This document shows positions 35,652 through 43,367 of a stretch of DNA of 64,000 nucleotides, piece after piece (positions within the stretch are counted from its first letter, which is position 1; every line of letters begins with the position of its first letter). The notes under the pieces were generated by a model that saw only the letters and a list, made by a program, of their open reading frames with translations, ran no database searches and was not told where the DNA came from. The stretch is from Minisyncoccota bacterium. Lineage in GTDB: Bacteria; Patescibacteriota; Minisyncoccia; Minisyncoccales; JAGOPM01. The stretch covers positions 507,920-571,919 of the forward strand of contig JBAZJI010000001.1 of the NCBI GenBank assembly GCA_041651395.1. The letters run 5' to 3'. Made by a program: the position numbers and the translations under genes.

Positions 35652-35677
35652 TAACGAAAATTAATATAACAAAATTA

Positions 35678-36352
35678 TCAAGAATTGTCTACACTGCGAA
35701 AACGATCAAATTCTGTGTAATACTTAAACTCTTGAGTCATTTCCACTAAATTAAGCCCAAATATATCGGCCAAGCATAAACAAGCGGCCACGGAGCCAAC
35801 TTCTTGTGCAGTTGAACCCCCATTCATCCAAACCGGCCAAACTCTTCCGTTATAATTTGCCTTAAAATGCGTTTTATCCCCGGCGACGATATCGCTTATT
35901 TGCAGATCCGGCTCACCATTCTGGCCAAAACTGCACACTTGCAAACCTTTAATTTTTGAGAAGTCCTCCCCGAAAGCAAAATCGCTGTTATAAATCAATT
36001 TGACACTTTGCGGATTGCGCACCGACTTAAGTGCCGCCCAAGTTTCTAAAGTCTTAGCTTTAGCCCTAGGCCCCATACACCAATCCAAAATAAAATAACA
36101 TTGCGAACAATTTTCTACTAAAAACATTAAGTCGCGCGGGGAAAATTCTGAAACATTGACGATCATTTTCCCGTTCCTCAACCAAACGAAACTCTGGCTA
36201 AACCCAACGAAAGCTCCGGCCTTTTCGGCCACAAACAATTTCTTGGCCAAAAAATGCACCAGATCGACTAAAAGGCTACCATGATCAGAAGCGATCAGGA
36301 TTATTTGCGGTTTTTTGAGCGCGTAAATAGCGCTAAAAATCGGGGCTTTCAT
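35678..36352 (-). CDS. Truncated, P-loop-degenerate Mur ligase-like protein (224 aa)
   Basis: Its start overlaps the ftsI stop (ATGA). IILIASDHGSLL sits where Mur ligases have the GxxGKT P-loop. LIYNSDFAFG...VCSFG...GSVAACLCLADIFGLNLVEMTQEF resembles the end of the MurE/MurF central domain. Confidence 0.45.
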   Translation of the reverse strand: MKAPIFSAIYALKKPQIILIASDHGSLLVDLVHFLAKKLFVAEKAGAFVGFSQSFVWLRNGKMIVNVSEFSPRDLMFLVENCSQCYFILDWCMGPRAKAKTLETWAALKSVRNPQSVKLIYNSDFAFGEDFSKIKGLQVCSFGQNGEPDLQISDIVAGDKTHFKANYNGRVWPVWMNGGSTAQEVGSVAACLCLADIFGLNLVEMTQEFKYYTEFDRFRSVDNS

Positions 36353-38070
36353 TGTATGGGCTTATATTTGAATTCCTCCACCGCTCGCTCAGTCGGGACA
36401 TGCGCATAATTAAGTGCATATTCCCCCAGCTTGGCAAAAATCGGAGCCGCTGAAGCCGAAGCCTCTGAAGCCGCCGGATTATCCAGCTTAATAATTATAA
36501 CATATTTAGGATTATAAATCGGGGCAATGCCGGCAAAAGTATGCCAGGTTTTTTTAGTATAGCCACCCGGGCCCGGCTGCTGAGCGGTCCCCGTTTTGCC
36601 ACCGACAAAATAACCTTTGACCCGCGCGTGTTGGCTGTAGCCAGATTCGGTCACTGCATTAAGCATTTGGCGCACGGTCGCAGCGGTCTCGGGCGAAATA
36701 ACACTAGGATACTCGATTTCTGGTTTTGTCTCCTTTATCGTCCCATCAGCTTTAACAATTTTTTCAACAATGTAAGGCTTCATGACATTGCCACCATTAG
36801 CTAAAACCGAATACGCAACCGCTAAGCGCAAAGGAGTGATGGAAATTCCTTGCCCAAAAGAACAAGTGGCAAAATTGATATCGCGCATCGACTTCAAATT
36901 CTCATTGGCGCTTACAGCCTCACCAGCCATATCCACCCCGGTTTTTCTGAAAAACCCAAAATTAGAAAGGTATTCATAATATCTTTTATGCCCGATTTGC
37001 CTTTCTACAAAAATCATTCCCGTATTAATCGAACGTTCCAAAACTTCGGTCATATTCCGCTTGCCCCAGCAGCGCCCGTCATAATTACCGATTAAAAACC
37101 TATCAAATTTTTCTTTGCACGGGTCGGTGTAGGTGGTAGTGGGAGAAACGCTGCCCGTCTCAATACCGATAGCCATGGTAACAGCCTTGAAAACCGAACC
37201 CGGTTCGTAAAGTTTCTGCACGGCCCAATTTTGAAAAACCGCCATATTGCCGGCATATTTACTGTAATCATTAGGGTCGTAATCAGGGTAATTAGCCAAA
37301 GCAATTATCCGGCCGCTGTAAGGGTCCATAACGATAATTTGCCCGCTCTCCATGTTGAATTTTTGGCCGGCCTCCTCTAATAATTCTTGGGCTTTTTTTT
37401 GAATATTGACATCGAGCGTCAAAACAATATCCGCGCCATTTTTCATTTCCCGAGCATCTGGGGTTAAATATTCCTGCAAACCCTTCACACTGGCTACCAT
37501 GCCCTGGCTTGGGCTTAGAATTTCATCGTAATAACCTTCAACACCATAAAGCCCTTTCCCATCGCGATCGACATAGCCTAAAACATTTGAAGCAACTTTG
37601 CCATGCGGGAAAAAACTCACATACTTTTTCCGGACATAAACACCTTTGAGCGCTAATTTGCCCAATGCGTTTACCTCTTCAGGAGAAAGCTTATCCTTTA
37701 ATTCGGCAAATTGGCTCTCTTGAGCGGAAAGTTTAGTGGAAATAACATCCTCCCCAATATTAAGCAATTTAGCCAACTCAGTTTTAGCCTTTGCCTGATC
37801 TTCAATTTCTTTGGGCACGGCAAAACAATAATATTGCTCTTTGACCGTAGAAAGAACCGTCAATTCCCCATCGTCAGTGGCAAAAATTTTACCCCTCTGG
37901 CCATTAGCATCAAAAAACTGGGTTTGCTGGCCATTAGCTAAGGCACGATAAAAAGCCCCATGGGCAATTTGTAAATCATAAAGACGCCAGCCAGTCAGGC
38001 CAGCGACCAATAGAAAAAACAGTAAAACAAATAAGGCTCTCAATGGCAGCTTCATTTTACAAATAATCAC
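36349..38070 (-). CDS. ftsI: Peptidoglycan D,D-transpeptidase (class B PBP)
   Basis: GSVFK (SxxK), SINTG (SxN) and KTGTA motifs, with an N-terminal TM anchor. Confidence 0.9.
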   Translation of the reverse strand: MIICKMKLPLRALFVLLFFLLVAGLTGWRLYDLQIAHGAFYRALANGQQTQFFDANGQRGKIFATDDGELTVLSTVKEQYYCFAVPKEIEDQAKAKTELAKLLNIGEDVISTKLSAQESQFAELKDKLSPEEVNALGKLALKGVYVRKKYVSFFPHGKVASNVLGYVDRDGKGLYGVEGYYDEILSPSQGMVASVKGLQEYLTPDAREMKNGADIVLTLDVNIQKKAQELLEEAGQKFNMESGQIIVMDPYSGRIIALANYPDYDPNDYSKYAGNMAVFQNWAVQKLYEPGSVFKAVTMAIGIETGSVSPTTTYTDPCKEKFDRFLIGNYDGRCWGKRNMTEVLERSINTGMIFVERQIGHKRYYEYLSNFGFFRKTGVDMAGEAVSANENLKSMRDINFATCSFGQGISITPLRLAVAYSVLANGGNVMKPYIVEKIVKADGTIKETKPEIEYPSVISPETAATVRQMLNAVTESGYSQHARVKGYFVGGKTGTAQQPGPGGYTKKTWHTFAGIAPIYNPKYVIIIKLDNPAASEASASAAPIFAKLGEYALNYAHVPTERAVEEFKYKPIQ

Positions 38071-38360
38071 CTGCGCGCAACGCTGCTTGGTGCTACCTCA
38101 ATATACTCGATTTCAGAAATTTTTTCAAAATTCTGGCTTTGGGCAAGCTGCTCGGGATTAAGCTCCGAAAGCCGCAAAGAAACATATGATTCCATGCTCC
38201 GGTTTTCCATGCGTAAATTTTCTAATGTGGCTTCATTTTTTTCAATACGCGCATGATGGCAATTCAGTTCGCAGGCTTGCCAAACAAAGGAGATGCCAGT
38301 CAAAACAAAAACCAAAGCGATTACATTGAAATAAATTGGCGAACATCTTTTGGAAATCAT
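38067..38360 (-). CDS. ftsL: FtsL-like cell division protein
   Basis: A 97-aa protein with a single TM segment followed by a coiled-coil-like region, positioned between rsmH and ftsI. Confidence 0.5.
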   Translation of the reverse strand: MISKRCSPIYFNVIALVFVLTGISFVWQACELNCHHARIEKNEATLENLRMENRSMESYVSLRLSELNPEQLAQSQNFEKISEIEYIEVAPSSVARR

Positions 38361-38366
38361 ATTTGT

Positions 38367-39263
38367 TTATATTTTTTGAAGTACTCTCATTTTGGCGGAG
38401 CCGCTCCGGCTATTGGCCGTTATCTCTTTTTCTCCGGCCGTTACCGGCTTTTTGGTCAAAATTTCCGCCAGCCCTTTATCTTTTAATTCCCGGAAATAAT
38501 TTTTTACTATTCTGTCCTCTAAAGAATGAAATGATATTACTGCCAGCCGCCCGCCGCTTGGCAATATCTCCAGGGCCTGCGGCAAAACATTTTTTAAGTT
38601 GGCTAATTCCTGATTTGCTTCTATTCTTATGGCCTGAAATGATCTACCTAAATCCTTTTTCCACCCCGGCAAACATTTTTTAATCAGAGCGGCCAGTTCA
38701 AAAGTTGTAGTAATAGGTTTGGTTTTCCTTTGGCCCACAATCATCCGGGCAATCCGGCGGGCAAATTTTTCTTCACCGTATTCGCGTAATACTTTTTCCA
38801 AATCATCTTCACTGTAACTATTCACTATCTCGTAAGCACTTTTAGGCGCGTCGGGGGAAAACCTCATATCCAGGGGCTCGTCTTTTTGGAAAGTGAAACC
38901 CCGGCCAGATTGATCAATATCGAAACTCGATATTCCGATATCTAACAAAATTTTTTCCACTGGAGCAAAGCCGTGCCTTCGGGCGATTGCCTCCAAATGT
39001 GCATAATTATCGTTTTCTACCACGGCACGCCCTTGTTTTATCTCGACAGCAAATTTTTCCCTTAAAGCTTCAGCTACTTGCGGATCCCACTCAATCATCA
39101 GCACCTTGCCATTGACCCCAACCTTTTCTAAAATTTTTTGCGAATGTCCCCCGAACCCTGCAGTGCCATCAATCACCTTTTCATTAACCCGGGGATCCAA
39201 ATACGCTATAACTTCTTCTAATAAAACCGGTATATGTTTTTCTTTGCTCTCACGCTCCGACAT
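38367..39263 (-). CDS. rsmH: 16S rRNA (cytosine1402-N4)-methyltransferase
   Basis: HIPVLLEEVIAYL, DGTAGFGGHS, and SFHSLEDRIVK. Confidence 0.95.
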   Translation of the reverse strand: MSERESKEKHIPVLLEEVIAYLDPRVNEKVIDGTAGFGGHSQKILEKVGVNGKVLMIEWDPQVAEALREKFAVEIKQGRAVVENDNYAHLEAIARRHGFAPVEKILLDIGISSFDIDQSGRGFTFQKDEPLDMRFSPDAPKSAYEIVNSYSEDDLEKVLREYGEEKFARRIARMIVGQRKTKPITTTFELAALIKKCLPGWKKDLGRSFQAIRIEANQELANLKNVLPQALEILPSGGRLAVISFHSLEDRIVKNYFRELKDKGLAEILTKKPVTAGEKEITANSRSGSAKMRVLQKI

Positions 39264-39288
39264 TTGGATTTTGAAATTGGGATTTCTA

Positions 39289-39720
39289 TTATATTCCCAA
39301 ATCTTTTAGTTGTTCTGACATTTGCTCTAAATTATTCTGAGCCTTGGCTTTATATTCGCCCCATTTCTGCGTGTCCCAAATTTCAATCCTATTAAATAAT
39401 CCGATAACTGTCGCCTCCTTGCCTAGCCCCGCATATTGTTTCAAATTTTCCGGAATAAGCATACGCCCGAGCTTATCAAATTCCACTTGAGCGGCGCCCG
39501 AAAGCATAATACGGGAAAAACTTCTGGCAGCTTCAGTGGATAGCGGAAGACTGCCCCATTTTTTGGAAAAATCTTGCCATTCCGCGGCAGGATAAACAAC
39601 CAAAGATTTATCAAAACCGATGGTTACAACCGCGCCTCCTTCCAAATCCGGCCTGAATTTTGCAGGCATCGAGATGCGACGCTTTTCATCAATTGTGTGT
39701 TGGTATTCTCCGACAAACAT
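39289..39720 (-). CDS. mraZ: Transcriptional regulator MraZ
   Basis: MFVGEYQHTIDEKRRISMPAKFR and a second SpoVT/AbrB-like half (DKLGRMLIP). Confidence 0.95.
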   Translation of the reverse strand: MFVGEYQHTIDEKRRISMPAKFRPDLEGGAVVTIGFDKSLVVYPAAEWQDFSKKWGSLPLSTEAARSFSRIMLSGAAQVEFDKLGRMLIPENLKQYAGLGKEATVIGLFNRIEIWDTQKWGEYKAKAQNNLEQMSEQLKDLGI

Positions 39721-39762
39721 TGCTTTTATAATAGTTATCCACAGAAAACGGGGTTCTTAACA

Positions 39763-39794
39763 CACTTTTCCACAGTTTCCCACTTACTCCCACA
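39763..39794 (-). promoter_or_regulatory. Candidate MraZ operator: phased GTGGG/GTGGA direct repeats
   Basis: The minus strand reads GTGGGAgtaaGTGGGAaactGTGGAAaaGTGTT. The boxes repeat at exactly 10 bp (plus-strand cccac at 39789-39793 and 39779-39783, tccac at 39769-39773). They lie about 50-75 nt upstream of the mraZ ATG. Confidence 0.6.
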
Positions 39795-39934
39795 TTTTAA
39801 GCGTTTAGCTGCCTCGCGTCAAATACCTTTTCCACACCCCAAGGCTATCGAAAATTCGCTCCTTTTCTTATTGACTTTTAGTGCAATAATGCTATAATTA
39901 TAGTATTCAAAACTGCATATTTAGGAGGAAAAAA

Positions 39935-40483
39935 TTGGATAAAGTCGCCATTAAAATAATTACAGCTAATGCAAATCGCTGGGATTGGATTTATTGGAAA
40001 ATTCGGGCCATTTATTTTTTCTGTTCCCTCTTCAATGCCCCGCCCTATTCGCAAAATTACTCTTTTGGCGATATGTGGCGGCTTATCTCGAAAAACTCCG
40101 AACAGAAAAACTACCGCCTCTATGCTGCCTTGCACCGAGGCCAATTGGTTGGCATGTATGAATGCATGCAATTACCCGAAATAATCGATGAACAAAACAT
40201 CGCGATAGTCCAAACCGCCCAGCTGCCGCTGGCCAGAGAGTGGAAGTGTTATTACACTTTCCAAATGGGAGTGCTAAAACCCTATCGGCGCCACCACGTC
40301 GGGCGTAAAATGTTTCTGAAAATGCTTCACGACGCCCGAATCATGCATTACACCCATGCCGTGCTCTGGACTGATTACCGACCATCTCCTGCCCAAGAAT
40401 TCTGGCGCAATAACGGATACGCCCCTCTCCCCAAAATAGAATCCCTGCCCGAACAATGCCAATTCTTTCTGAGAAAAATTTGA
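39935..40483 (+). CDS. GNAT family N-acetyltransferase
   Basis: A TTG start 6 nt after an AGGAGG RBS, plus the acetyl-CoA motif FQMGVLKPYRRHHVGRKMFLKML. Confidence 0.75.
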   Translation: MDKVAIKIITANANRWDWIYWKIRAIYFFCSLFNAPPYSQNYSFGDMWRLISKNSEQKNYRLYAALHRGQLVGMYECMQLPEIIDEQNIAIVQTAQLPLAREWKCYYTFQMGVLKPYRRHHVGRKMFLKMLHDARIMHYTHAVLWTDYRPSPAQEFWRNNGYAPLPKIESLPEQCQFFLRKI

Positions 40484-40491
40484 ATTCAAAA

Positions 40492-40520
40492 AACCCTGCC
40501 GAGAAGCAGGGTTCTTATTT
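40492..40520. terminator. Bidirectional intrinsic terminator (GNAT / pyrG)
   Basis: accctgc-cgagaa-gcagggt is flanked by an A-run and a T-rich run. Confidence 0.65.
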
Positions 40521-40526
40521 TGAAAA

Positions 40527-42158
40527 TTATTTTTCTTTTTTTATCGCTGCCTTTATTAATCCCATAAATAAAGGATGGGGCTTGAGAGGCCGAGATTTGA
40601 GCTCTGGATGAAATTGGCAACCCATAAAAAATGGGTGATCGGGCAACTCAATTATTTCCACTAAATCGCGCTTAGGATTAATCCCGGAGAATACCATGCC
40701 TTTCTTCTCTAAAGCTTCGCGATACTTATTATTAAACTCATAGCGATGCCTGTGCCTTTCGGAAATTTTCTCTTGGCCGTAAAGCGCAAAAACTTTTGTA
40801 TCTTTTTTTAATTTACAATCATAAGCGCCCAAACGCATGCTGCCCCCCATATTGCCATGCTCGATATTTTCTTTCTGCTCAGCCATTACATCAATTATCG
40901 GATGAGTGGTCTTTGGGTCGATTTCGGTAGTGATGGCATCTTTCATGCCGCAGACATGGCGCGCAAATTCCACCGTGGCCAGCTGCATGCCAAAACATAA
41001 TCCCAAATATGGGATCTTTTGCACGCGGCAAAACTGAATGGCCTTTATTTTCCCTTCTACCCCCCGTCCCCCAAAACCACCAGGCACGATAATACCATCA
41101 TATTCTTTTAATTCTTTGATATTCTCCTCATTTTCCAAATACCTTTCCGAATCCAGCCACTGGATAACTGGCTTGCGCTTATTGGCCCAAGCTGCATGCT
41201 TAATGGCCTCAATTACGGATATGTATGAATCCATCAAGGTAAAGTTCCCGCTCTTAAAATACTTGCCGACAATGCCAATTTTTACTTCTTCCTTTTCTGC
41301 GGTAATGGAATGCACTAACTTAAGCCACTCATTATTCTTTTTTTTCTTGGGCTTAAGCTCAAAAATCTTCAAAATCTTGTCCGCCAATTTATCCTTTTCA
41401 AAATTGACCGGAACTTTATAAATAGAATCTATGTCGGGTGCCGAAATTATATTACTGGCCGGCAAATTGCAAAAAATTGAGAGCTTCTGCTTGCGCGGCT
41501 CATCAATCGGGTATTCGCCGCGGGCCACAATAAAATCCGGCTGGATACCTGCGGAATTAAGCGTGCGCACCGCATACTGCGTGGGCTTGGTCTTCATTTC
41601 ACCCAAGGTCCTTGGCACTGGCAAAAAACTCACCAAAACAAAAACCACATGCTTAGGATTTTGTAAATGCATCATGCGAGACGCTTCCAAAAATAACGAA
41701 TTTTGAAATTCACCAACCGTACCGCCGATTTCCGTAATCACGAAATCCGCTTTGGCTTTTTGGCCAGCCTTGGTGATGCGGCTGATTATTTCCCCGGTAA
41801 TATGCGGCACAGCCTCTACGCATTTGCCCCCGTAACCCAAATTGCGTTCGCGATTTATAACTGTTTGATAAACCATGCCAGCCGTCATGTAATTAAAGGC
41901 CGACATATCCTGCTCCAAAAACCGCTCATAATTGCCCATATCTTGGTCGCATTCCATACCATCATCGGTTACAAAAACTTCGCCATGCTCCACGGGATTC
42001 ATGGTGCCGGCGTCCACATTAAGATATGGATCAATTTTAATATTGGTGACTTTATATCCTTTATCCTGCAAAATCCGACCAATAGAAGCTGAAGTAATGC
42101 CTTTGCCGATTCCCGACATTACTCCGCCGCAAATGAAAATATATTTTGTTTGGGGCAT
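40527..42158 (-). CDS. pyrG: CTP synthase
   Basis: KYIFICGGVMSGIGKGITSASIG, and a glutaminase domain with GLCFGMQ and HRHRYE. Confidence 0.97.
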   Translation of the reverse strand: MPQTKYIFICGGVMSGIGKGITSASIGRILQDKGYKVTNIKIDPYLNVDAGTMNPVEHGEVFVTDDGMECDQDMGNYERFLEQDMSAFNYMTAGMVYQTVINRERNLGYGGKCVEAVPHITGEIISRITKAGQKAKADFVITEIGGTVGEFQNSLFLEASRMMHLQNPKHVVFVLVSFLPVPRTLGEMKTKPTQYAVRTLNSAGIQPDFIVARGEYPIDEPRKQKLSIFCNLPASNIISAPDIDSIYKVPVNFEKDKLADKILKIFELKPKKKKNNEWLKLVHSITAEKEEVKIGIVGKYFKSGNFTLMDSYISVIEAIKHAAWANKRKPVIQWLDSERYLENEENIKELKEYDGIIVPGGFGGRGVEGKIKAIQFCRVQKIPYLGLCFGMQLATVEFARHVCGMKDAITTEIDPKTTHPIIDVMAEQKENIEHGNMGGSMRLGAYDCKLKKDTKVFALYGQEKISERHRHRYEFNNKYREALEKKGMVFSGINPKRDLVEIIELPDHPFFMGCQFHPELKSRPLKPHPLFMGLIKAAIKKEK

Positions 42159-42182
42159 AAAAATAAATGATATTTATAAAAA

Positions 42183-42204
42183 GGCGCAAGCGACTGGCGC
42201 TTGC
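42183..42204 (-). promoter_or_regulatory. Terminator-like hairpin in the pyrG 5' leader (candidate attenuator)
   Basis: On the minus strand, GCAAGCG-CCAGT-CGCTTGC is followed by GCCTTTTTAT. It lies between the promoter at 42238-42267 and the ATG at 42158. Confidence 0.35.
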
Positions 42205-42237
42205 TTTGCAATCGGAGTTTTTTAATCCTGCCTCCTC

Positions 42238-42267
42238 ATTATAGCATTGAGGTATAAAATAAAGCAA
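42238..42267 (-). promoter_or_regulatory. pyrG promoter
   Basis: On the minus strand, TTGCTT, an 18-nt spacer, then TGcTATAAT (an extended -10). Confidence 0.55.
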
Positions 42268-42304
42268 AAGGTGAGTTTTCCACTGGTTTTTACCCAAACA
42301 AAAA

Positions 42305-43105
42305 TTATTGGGGGTTATCGCTGAAAAGAAAAGACCACCACGGCTTTTTAACGCTTTCCACATTACCGGTCTTTGCATCGATTATTAGTTCTAATTTCAA
42401 ATTAAAAGGTATCAATCCTAAAAATTTTGCCCTCCGATAACCTTTAACATTATATTGTTCCTTATCCTTCTTGATACTTTCGATGGAGCTTATGTGCTTT
42501 TTTTTAATAAGTTTAGCAGATACTTCTTCTGTTTCTTTGGTTTCATCAGTTTTTTCCGCCTCATCTTCCTTTACTTCGCCCGGCTTTTCAACTTTTGGCT
42601 TAGACGAAGTTTCGTTTGAATCTTTTTCCTCCTCCTTATCAAGCTCATCTTGTTCGTCTGACTCGTCTTGCTTGCCAGCCTCAGTATACTCGAACAAAGT
42701 CCAACCAGTACCGCGCCCGTCGATAATGGGCGTGCCCTTAATTCTAACATTAATCTTTTCCCCAACACTTACCCCTGGCAGATTAAGCCCACGTTCAGAA
42801 GAATCATTAATGAAAATTTTTTTAGCCCCCCATTGAAAAGTGATGGGAATTATATCGCCAACTTTTAACGCTTCGTAATTAGCGCTTGGGTGGTGTTCGT
42901 ACTCTAAAATTTTATCAATTTTTACCTTGCCAGTATCAAGATTGGCAGCAGCAATATTTTTAATCTCTAAAATTGTTGCCTCAATCCTCCCGGAATCTAA
43001 TATCGGCGCCGGTGCAACCGAAGAGGCCTCCGATATGGTGGCAAAAGAAAAAAATAATGCCCCGATAAGAAAAAAGAGTGCAAAACTTTTGCTAATAATT
43101 TTCAT
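42305..43105 (-). CDS. Hypothetical secreted protein with an acidic low-complexity region (266 aa)
   Basis: The signal-like N-terminus is MKIISKSFALFFLIGALFFSFATISEA. A D/E/K-rich central tract is present. Confidence 0.5.
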   Translation of the reverse strand: MKIISKSFALFFLIGALFFSFATISEASSVAPAPILDSGRIEATILEIKNIAAANLDTGKVKIDKILEYEHHPSANYEALKVGDIIPITFQWGAKKIFINDSSERGLNLPGVSVGEKINVRIKGTPIIDGRGTGWTLFEYTEAGKQDESDEQDELDKEEEKDSNETSSKPKVEKPGEVKEDEAEKTDETKETEEVSAKLIKKKHISSIESIKKDKEQYNVKGYRRAKFLGLIPFNLKLELIIDAKTGNVESVKKPWWSFLFSDNPQ

Positions 43106-43216
43106 AATAAATTATGCTTTATTATACCAGCTCTTTTACTAATAGTGAAAATTTCAATTTTCCACTGTTTTTAAGCAAGAAAAAATCCCCTATAGGGGCG
43201 CAAAAACGATTTTAAT

Positions 43217-43291
43217 TGGTGCACGGTATAGGATTCGAACCTATGACCCCTGCAATGTGAATGCAGTGCTCTACCACTGAGCCAACCGTGC
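43217..43291 (-). tRNA. tRNA-Val (anticodon CAC), CCA encoded
   Basis: Acceptor GCACGGT/ACCGTGC, anticodon loop TTCACAT, T-loop TTCGAAT and a 3' ACCA end. Confidence 0.9.
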
Positions 43292-43367
43292 AAATAAATA
43301 CAAATACCAACTTTTTCTCTCCACAACCATAACACTTTTTTTGTTAAAAGAAAAGAGCTAAAATACA

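Noticed and set aside
39735-39743. A second perfect DnaA box just upstream of mraZ, and an 8/9 match at 25771-25779 upstream of dnaB.
   Set aside because: The boxes are isolated and lie in promoter regions. The phased GTGGG repeats next to the first one are better explained as MraZ boxes. This is not an oriC.
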